Of a DNA stretch of 64,000 nucleotides, positions 55,927 through 64,000 are shown piece after piece; positions within the stretch are counted from its first letter, which is position 1, and every line of letters begins with the position of its first letter. Source of the DNA: Takakia lepidozioides (lineage: Eukaryota > Plantae > Bryophyta); contig CM060731.1 of the NCBI GenBank assembly GCA_030704615.1, positions 60,450,001-60,514,000 on the forward strand, read 5' to 3'. A model generated the notes under the pieces. That model searched no databases, was not told the origin of the DNA, and was given only the letters and a program-made list of their open reading frames with translations. The translations under genes were made by a program, and so were the position numbers.

Positions 55927-57066
55927 ATGGCACCTAAGCGGAAGGCTCCAGAGGTATTAGAGCCCCCACCACCTCCTCCATATCTCACAAGTGAGGTGCA
56001 AATCCTTAGTCGCTGGGCAAGTGTCGAGCAACACACCACTGTGCAGCAAGTGAGAGAAATACTTGGTTGTTTGTCTGAATCTTGCTTGCTTGCTTTGCCG
56101 CCTCCACCTTGTGCCTCACGGTGGCCTAAACACCCCAAGCCACACAATTGGCGTTTTCTTTTAGAAGGCAAGTAGGCTTGATTTTGGGTTGGAAAGAGCG
56201 AAGAGAGGAGGGTGATCCGACCGGTTTCAGCAAGGAAGTGAATTTGTTGGTAAGGGAGACCTTGTGGCCTGATGTCGATTCTCAAGCGTTTGAAGGAGGC
56301 GGCTCGTGCAAAGAGGTCCATGCCTGCAACTGCTCGGTCTCCGAGTCCAAGGGCCCTGCTACGGAGAAAATTTGATGTGGGTGTTGGTTTGGGGTTGGAG
56401 ACTGGAGTGTCTGTCTGCAATGTGTCTGCCGCTTTGATGCATCCAAATGAACCATGTGGGTTCCGATCTGTGAAAGCATTGCAACCTACTTGTCTTAGTT
56501 TTGGGGAGGGTTTTAGTACAGAGAGTCTTGATGACATCCCTGAGTGGTTTGGAGAGGGAGGGCAAGCAAATTCACCTGCTTCATCCTCAGTGTCTCAATT
56601 GCCAAGGCAGATTGTGTCATGGGAGTGGAGAGTGAGAGTCAAGGTGTCATCTCTTGGAGAATCGGAAGGTGAAGGTCCTGCAAGTTCGTTTGGTCAGTGG
56701 GCGATTGGCCTTGTCCTCGAAACATATGACAATCTGGTTGATCGTGTGAAGATGTATGTCGTGGACATGGGAGGGTGGGGTGTGAGGAATTTTCCAAGTG
56801 CCGTGTGTGAGGAATTTGAAGAGTCTATTCAATTCCCTCTTTTTCAATTAGATGGTGGGGTGATTGAGAGGGATGATGTGGATCCAATGGAAGAGTATGA
56901 GGGTGACTCTGCTTGTGAGGATGATTGGGAAACATGTGACATGGACGTTGAGCCTGCACCAGTGGAGAGTTCGCCATCTTTCGCTGAATTGTTTGGCCCT
57001 GCCTCCTGGGGTTCTCTGGACACGACCTTTTGGAGCGATCGAAGCACTTTCAGTGGCCCTCACTAG
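55927..57066 (+). CDS. Unidentified ORF pair in one frame (MAPKRKAP... and a 264-aa acidic ORF); hypothetical gene or TE accessory ORF
   Basis: 55927-56175 and 56272-57066 share a frame, separated by a short stop-containing segment; PKRK NLS-like start; no recognisable domain. Confidence 0.3.
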
Positions 57067-57891
57067 AAGCATTCGTGTCATTTACCACTGGGGTAACGAC
57101 TCATTTTGAGTCGTAAAAGTCAAAAAATTGGGATCGACTGGAAGTTACAAACGACTAGTTACAAGTGGTAGTTGGGTTGGACATCCAATGATTGGAGTGG
57201 TAAAGGAGGCAAACACGCGAACAACTGCTCAGCGATTAATGCGATTAATGTTGAAGAACCACGTGGCGTAACCAGGCGGGCCGCCCGTGTGTCTGACCTT
57301 TTGGGCTGACTTTGACTTTTCCCTCCGGATGAGTGGACCGACTCACCGAAGCGCGGTGACACAAGGATGCGGACATGGACGACGATGTGGACGCCGATGT
57401 GGCGGCGCCACGACGAGCAGCACTACTGCCACATGGCCACGGGCCCAGGGCGCCACGTGGTAGTAGACCACATAACTTGCAGTGCTACATGCCCAGTGGC
57501 AATTGCGACTGCGGAAGTTGGCGCAACCACTGCTTTACTACTTTACATGAAGTGCTCGAAATTACTTGAACAATCATTCATAGTGATTCATGCTTTGGAG
57601 TTTTGGTGTTTGTAGTGAGTCGACTAATAATGCCATACAAGAGAACTAATCATGCATTAGAAATGCACAAACGATGAAAGACATGCCATGAAACAAAATG
57701 AAATGAAACAAAATGGTACTTTATTACATCTGCGGAAAGCTCAAAGAGCTTATGGGACAAAATGAAAAACACAAAGTAAAAAAGCAGCCCAAAAGCTACT
57801 GCTGCTCTGGGGATTGCCTACCCTCATGCAAGTAAGCTGCCAAGCAGTTCTGATCCTCATAATGCAAGACTTCAGTGAGTTCCACGGAATA

Positions 57892-58973
57892 GACCATCTA
57901 CCCATGGAGGTTTCTTGTAGTTATTGATCCACAGGGAATCATAGGTAATCTTGTGCTTGAAATTTGGCCCTCTAGGATGAATCTGGACCACACTCTATCC
58001 CTGCTCCTTCAGCTATCCATGCCCCTGCACAAATCATGCATTTATCCTTGCCTTGCTGCTAGTAGCTGACAATGACAACCTACATTTGTTCTAGGAAACA
58101 CCCAACTCAGCTTATCACACTAGTTCCTATGCTCAATTGCGTCTGCTACTCTCTGAAATGTAGCAGGCATTCACTTTTTTGCCTCGGTTGTCCCATCATT
58201 GACTGGGGGCAGAAAAGTATTCATTCCACAGCTTCTCCTCATGTCTGTTACTTGTTTTTTGATACTTTCCTGTTGTCACATAACAGTATCATGTCAAAGT
58301 CACTCCAAACTAGATTCACTCAACCAGCTAACTTGCAGAATTCAACATGGAAATTTTGGGCCGATTCTGATAAGAGGGAAAAACAGGGTGAAATGTGCTG
58401 AAGAAGATGCCTTCATTAACAATGTCTGATTTATCAATTGTTCCGTTGCTGCCAGTTGACCATCTACCCATGTAGGTTTCTTGTAGCTTCATAGTTAATC
58501 TGGAGCTTGAAGTCCGGCCCTCTTGGGTGAATCTGCACCCACACTCTATCCTTGCTCCTTCAGCTATCCATGCCTCGCACGGATCATGCATACAACCTTG
58601 CCTTGTTGCTAGCAGTTGACGATGACAGCCTAGACTTGTTCTAGGAAGCACCCAACTCAACTTATCACACTAGTTCCTACGCTCAACTGCATCTGCTACT
58701 CTCTATAATCCAACAAACATTCATCTTCTTGCCTCGATTGTCCCACCATTGACTGGGGTCAGAAAAGTATTCATTCCACAACTTCTCCTCGTCTGTGTTA
58801 CCTGTTTCTGATACTTTCCTGTTGTCACATTGGCAGAATCATGTCAAAGTCACTCCAAACTATCAAAGCTTCACTCAACCAGCTAACTTGTAGAATTCAG
58901 ACATGAATAAATAGGGACGATTATGATAAGAGGGGAAAACAAGGTGAAATTGAAGAAGGTGCCTTCATTAGCA
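57892..58973. repeat. Tandem duplication, two diverged copies of about 520-530 bp (57892-58422, 58458-58973)
   Basis: Shared blocks GACCATCTACCCATG, CCACACTCTATCC, CTTATCACACTAGTTCCTA, CAGAAAAGTATTCATTCCACA, ATCATGTCAAAGTCACTCCAAACTA and TGATAAGAGGG..AAACA occur in the same order. Confidence 0.9.
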
Positions 58974-58974
58974 G

Positions 58975-61900
58975 TCATTACACTCTATCCTTCGCTCAGC
59001 CATATTGTTGAACACTCCCTGTCCACAAGGGTATTGTTCAGAATGACATCTGCCACAATTCCAGCTTTGACGATGCAACCATGGACCTCTTTGCCCTTCC
59101 CCAGTAGGCTCGCACATGCACTACAAACGCAAACAAAATTGGTTGTGGCAAACTGGGAGCAATATGTGTCAGAAGAATCCACTGATACAAATCTACAGCT
59201 TGCAGGCTGTCTCTATTCTCAAAATTGGGCAGCACATCACCTGCTGCTATGACATATATTGCCCTAGACACACATTGCCCTAACTGCCATCCCCCAAGAT
59301 GCTACCCCCACCAGACTTCTCTCACTTGGGTCCTTGCAAGGCTGACTTCCAGCTTTGACTCTGTGCGTGGGGCCTATCGGACAACATATACCAGCAAGCC
59401 CTCCCCCTATCCTGCATCAACTCATCTCAGTCTTATCAACTGCACAACGTGTGATGGGAGTGAGTGCAACATGGGAAGAAGCCACAACACATGATAAGCT
59501 GTAGGGAAGAAGCAACATCGTGCAAGTAAAGCAAATGATGAAGCAGAAAGACGAGGCAACATAGGAGAAGGGAAAATGGGGTCCAAGGGCTGAGAAGGTC
59601 AACTGGTCAACAATGAGGAACTGGCTCTGGAGCACTATGTTGATGATTAAAGGGAGCAACAAATACATGTGGGGCATCGCAGCAAAGTGCATGCCAACAA
59701 GGGTCAGAATAGTGCAAGAAAGACTCCACGGATGGTGGGCAGCCAAGGGAGATGCAGTGAGACAAGGCACTCATGGCAAGGGAGCTGCCAAGACAAAACA
59801 GTTGATTAAGCTACGGAGAAAAAGGAAAGCACAAGATCAACTATGAGGAAAAGTAGCAATTCAGGCATGGGAACTGCTGCTAAAACATGAGGAGGAAGTT
59901 ATATGAGGTGTAGCATCAAGGGAACCAGTAGAAGATGAGGAAGATGGAGCACACTTTCCTGTCAAAGGTTGGCGGTCGAAGACTGCAACCCAGCAATCAG
60001 AAAGTGAGGCACCCGAGGCTGGACTGCTACAAAGAGGTACAAAGACAGGAGCTGAGAATGAGATGTTGCATTTCGTTGAAGTTCCCCACACAATGACTGT
60101 TTGGCAAGCAAAACCCCAGGCAAGGATGAGAGGTGAATCTGGGATAAAACCAGCAGGTGGGAGTGAGGAAAGACACAAGGAAGGGCAGCAATACCTTGTC
60201 AAATCTGAGGGTGATGGCTGGAGAAAATTAAACAAGGACTGGATGTATGGGAGCAGCAATCACATGAAGAAAAATCTGCCTGAGAGGCTGAAGAGTGAAA
60301 GGGAGGAAGACAGGCACCTCGCTTATGAAAAGTGGAAGGGCAGGGTAGAAAACCTGATGCCTGAAACTGATGGGAGCTCGTGGGAGACTCTGCCAAGAAG
60401 ACTCCAATCAACTGCTGCCAACAATCGGACCAGTGAAAGATCGCCCTTGGCTGGCGCAACACCACGAAATAAATGCAGCCCTGATAGCATGGTGAGTGGG
60501 GCACCAACAGAGCCAGAAAATGAGGGAGAAGGAGGAGACTTCCCTGCCAAGAAAGTCAATGACGGGCCTGCAGTGGCATGCAAGGAAAGGGACACCGTAA
60601 GTGTTGCCAACAGATGCAAATCAGTGCTCATTCATTCGAAAGCACCACGGGAGATGAAGGAAAAGACACCTGTAGGGACGTTGAAGCATAAAAGAGGAGA
60701 GCACTTCACTTGGGAAGAAAGTGAAGCATTGGAGAACGAGGCTGATGACTGGCAGTCTGAAAAGGAAAGGCGGTTGTGGGAAACCCTGCCAAGACAACCA
60801 TATGGAGAGAATCAAGCAGGTGGGAACTGCCCTTCATTGGGGTGGTGCAAACAAGAGAAAGACCAGAAGCTGAACCACATGAGAAGATAGTGTGTCATCA
60901 CAAATGGAGACCCTGGAAAATGCTCTGCCCAGGAGATGAAGAACATTAGGCAACTAGAAACGTGGGGGCTGGCTGAATATGCTCTACAGTCAACTTGGCT
61001 TGTTGAATGCTTGCATAAGAGATGAGGGGTTGCTGTCAGTACACGACATTGAGTTCATCAAATCCTACAACAGCCCACCATCGCTGCCTACTGCTTACAA
61101 ACTGCCACAAAAACAGTTTCACAGGACTTACAGATGATTGGTGGAAGGCAAGGCCCCTCGCCATGGGCCAGATTAATTGTATGTTGCAGCCCAAAACAAC
61201 GACGGGAAGTCATCTAGGGTAGCAAACCCCATCTTGGCAGCGTCTTTTGTGTGAGAGAAGTCAAGCTGAACCTGCTCATCATATCGAGTGGGATGGACCA
61301 GATGTAAAGCTGCCAAGCCAACCACATTCATATTCGCACTCAAGCAACATAAGCTGGAGCCATTTTCAGATTATGAGTACCCGTGTTTTAAGAATACTCC
61401 TTCTTCAACTTGCGGTGAACGGGCAGAAAACTTCACAATGTGCACCAGATTAATGGACCAAGATGCGGAGCTGAATTGGGTATCCAGTTGGGCAATGCTG
61501 GTTTCAAAACCCCGTTCCATCCATGCGTTTCGAAGATCTGGCTTGAATGGGCACACTCCGGCAGTGGAAGGCTCACGAAGTAATGATTTTGGGCTGATAT
61601 GCATGTTGACATGCCATGCCGGTGCAAAGAACAGCGTTCTGAGTGGTGATTGTGATCTCAAAATTTACCCCTGCATTCAAGCTGATTTCTCTCTCAAGCA
61701 GAGCCGCCTTGTGGATGTTCCAGCCAGTGTCCAAAAACAGCTCAAGTGCAAGACAACAACATCAGCAAGGCATGGTTAGCTAAGCAAGGTCATGGTGGAG
61801 AGGCATTTGAACTCTCTGAACGTAATGTGGTCGGACTTCACCCCCTCCCACATCAACTGCTCATAGGTCTCCAAAACCTGCAATCCCCGCCCCTGTTGTG

Positions 61901-62654
61901 CATGTCCTGCGATCATCACTTTCCACGATACCACATTTTGCTCAGCCATATTGTTGAACACTCCCTATCCAGAAGGGTATTCATGTTCAGAATGACATCT
62001 ACCACAATTCCAGCTTTGACGATGCAACCATGGACCTCTTTGCCCTTCTCCAACAGGCTCGCACATGCACTACAAACACAAACAAACGTAATGTGCTCGG
62101 GCTTCACCCCCTAGACCCACATCATTTGCTCATAGGTCTCCAATTATGCATGTCCTGCGATCATCACGTTCCACCACACCACATTTCGCTCAGCCATATT
62201 GTTGAGCACTCCTTGTCCACAAGGGAATGCTCCCACGTTTCGCATACATGTCGACGAGGTATTGTTACATCTGGTATAGTTCCAGCTTTGACGATGTCAC
62301 GATGGACCTCTTTGCCCTTTACCAAGTCTCCAAGGCTGCCAGGTTTGCACATGCAGTGCAAACACAAATGAACGTGACCCGGTCAGGCTGCACCCCTTCT
62401 CGCAACATTTGCTCATATGTCTCCAATGCCCTCATCCCGCATACATGCTGGCCATATCTTGCAAGATTCAGCGTGTTCCTTGAGACAACATTTCGTTTAG
62501 CCATGTTATTAAACTCTCCCTTCGCAACTTCATAGGTCTCCAAAGCCTCCATCCCACGTCCCTGCTGTGCATACCCTGCAAGCATCGCACTCCACGACAC
62601 TACATCTCGGCAAAACAGGCTGAAATAGCTCGAAGAAGAAGGTGCCCTCACCAC
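58975..62654 (-). pseudogene. Scrambled PLS-class PPR gene fragments (58975-59140 and about 61800-62654), separated by unrelated sequence
   Basis: DVVSWSAMLAGYAQQGRGMEALETYE, MLREGVQPDRVTFICVCTACANLAAL, GKEVHGCIVKAGIVADVILNNTL, NVVSWKVMIAGHAQQG; repeated with frameshifts and deletions. Confidence 0.85.
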
Positions 62655-63509
62655 ATTGTCCTCTACCTTGTGTCATGACCCATTGCGGATTAGACTGACC
62701 ATGAACCCAAGAAGACCTCTTGTGCGTGCTGCTTGTATCTATAGTCATGTAATGTGGGATTGGTTCGTAAGAACCACCACGGTGCAGCTGAGCGGGCAGA
62801 GATTAAAATATGGGCTGCTAAGACCAAGCTGATTCCCCCAAGAACCTTCTAATCATCATGAAGAATACCAAATCATGGTACAAAGGGGAGCCAAGAGCCC
62901 ACATTTGCACAGAATGCGCCCTTGACGCCATAAACGCTTGCAACAACAGGACATGGGCCTCGATTTGGTCTTCGTCCTTCTCGCATCACTTGCTTGTCTC
63001 TCTCTCAAGCCTCCATCCCTCTCCCAACACTTAGACAAATTCAGGCAAAGGACAAAGTTACTCTTCCACCCTTAGATCATTTTACATCCGACGATTACAA
63101 CAATCTTTACGAGCCACACAAGCCCTAAAATACATTAAAATATTCCACGTCATGAGCCATGTGGAGCACTTATAAAAATTCCATTTTTGAATAGGGTGTG
63201 CAATGAATGCCTAGTTGTTAAGAGTCATTCTCTAGTGTTTAAAACCACTTGTAATTGCTGTTTTAAAAAAAAAAAAACAATTTACGTAATTGAATTAAAT
63301 CGCCGCGAATATTGCGCCAACTGCGGAGTCATTGATGCAACTTCTATCCGCCATTAGAAATGCGAATTTATCCGTTACGACTGTGCAGTAGTAACAAACA
63401 TCTCAAAGTTGTTCCCTCAGTGGTTTTGGACATGCAGTCGATTCGGAAAAGACACGAATGCTTCTAGTGCCTACGCTTGGGCCAACTCTGCCTCAAATGT
63501 GTGGTTCAA

Positions 63510-64000
63510 CGGCCCTCTATTTTTTCCATTTGTTTTGGAGGCCACATGTGCTAGTCCAAATCTATAGAGTCCAATGTGTATGCAGCAAAGACAGTTCGGT
63601 CTGGGACTAAGGGTGGGCCTTTCTGGAAGCCACTTACTGTCCCCGAGTTCCGAGCCTTTGTGGGGATCTGCTTGTTCATGGGTATGAAGAAGTTGCCAAG
63701 TACCCGCTGTTACTGGCAGTCATCCGAAATTTTCTTGCTTGTCTAATGATTAGGAAAGTTATGCCTCGAGACAGATTTGAGGCAATCATGCGTTGCCTTC
63801 ATCTCGTTGACAATTCAACTTTGGTCACTGATCGAGCGAGTCCTCTGTATGACAAGGTGGGGAAGGTGCGCTCGCTTTGCGATGAGATTGTTGCTCGTTG
63901 CAAAGAATGGTGGAATCTGAATAAGATGGTGATAGTTGATGAGGTTATGATACGGTACAAGGGCAAATACTGTGCCATCCGACAGTACATGCCCAAGAAA
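63510..64000 (+). mobile_element. piggyBac-like (PGBD4 / DDE_Tnp_1_7 type) transposase fragment, frameshifted, runs off the window
   Basis: FHLFW...ESNVYA...WKPLTVPEFRAFVGICLFMG..KLPS..CYW...MPRDRFEAIMRCLHL...DKVGKVR...VDEVMIRYKGKYCAIRQYMPKK. Confidence 0.85.

Noticed and set aside
60063-60890. 275-aa ORF as a real gene
   Set aside because: No recognisable domain, low-complexity charged composition, no ATG at the listed start, and embedded in PPR debris.

Overview
Eukaryotic, intron-containing, transposon-dense DNA. The host is most likely a seed-free land plant or bryophyte; this is an inference from patatin genes, PLS-class PPR remnants and a WW-domain plant DEAD-box helicase. Three apparently intact host genes lie on the minus strand: two tandem patatin-like phospholipases (7665-11679, 13799-17834) and an RH14/RH46-type DEAD-box helicase (29633-34414). 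The rest is nested, mostly decayed mobile DNA: an L1 LINE carrying a solo LTR, a chromovirus-type Ty3/Gypsy with both LTRs and TSD, a CACTA-ended MITE, the 3' end of an RLE-type non-LTR element, a Helitron/Helentron with an AP-endonuclease, PPR pseudogene fragments and a piggyBac-like transposase. The standout is a minus-strand Ty3/Gypsy element (about 42.9-53 kb) with domain order Gag-Protease-DNMT3-like C5 cytosine methyltransferase-RT-RNaseH-Integrase-PHD finger. It therefore encodes both a DNA-methylation writer and a putative histone reader. Protease, DNMT and RT share one reading frame broken only by point stops, all explicable as C>T or G>A transitions. All calls come from manual motif reading; no database searches were run.
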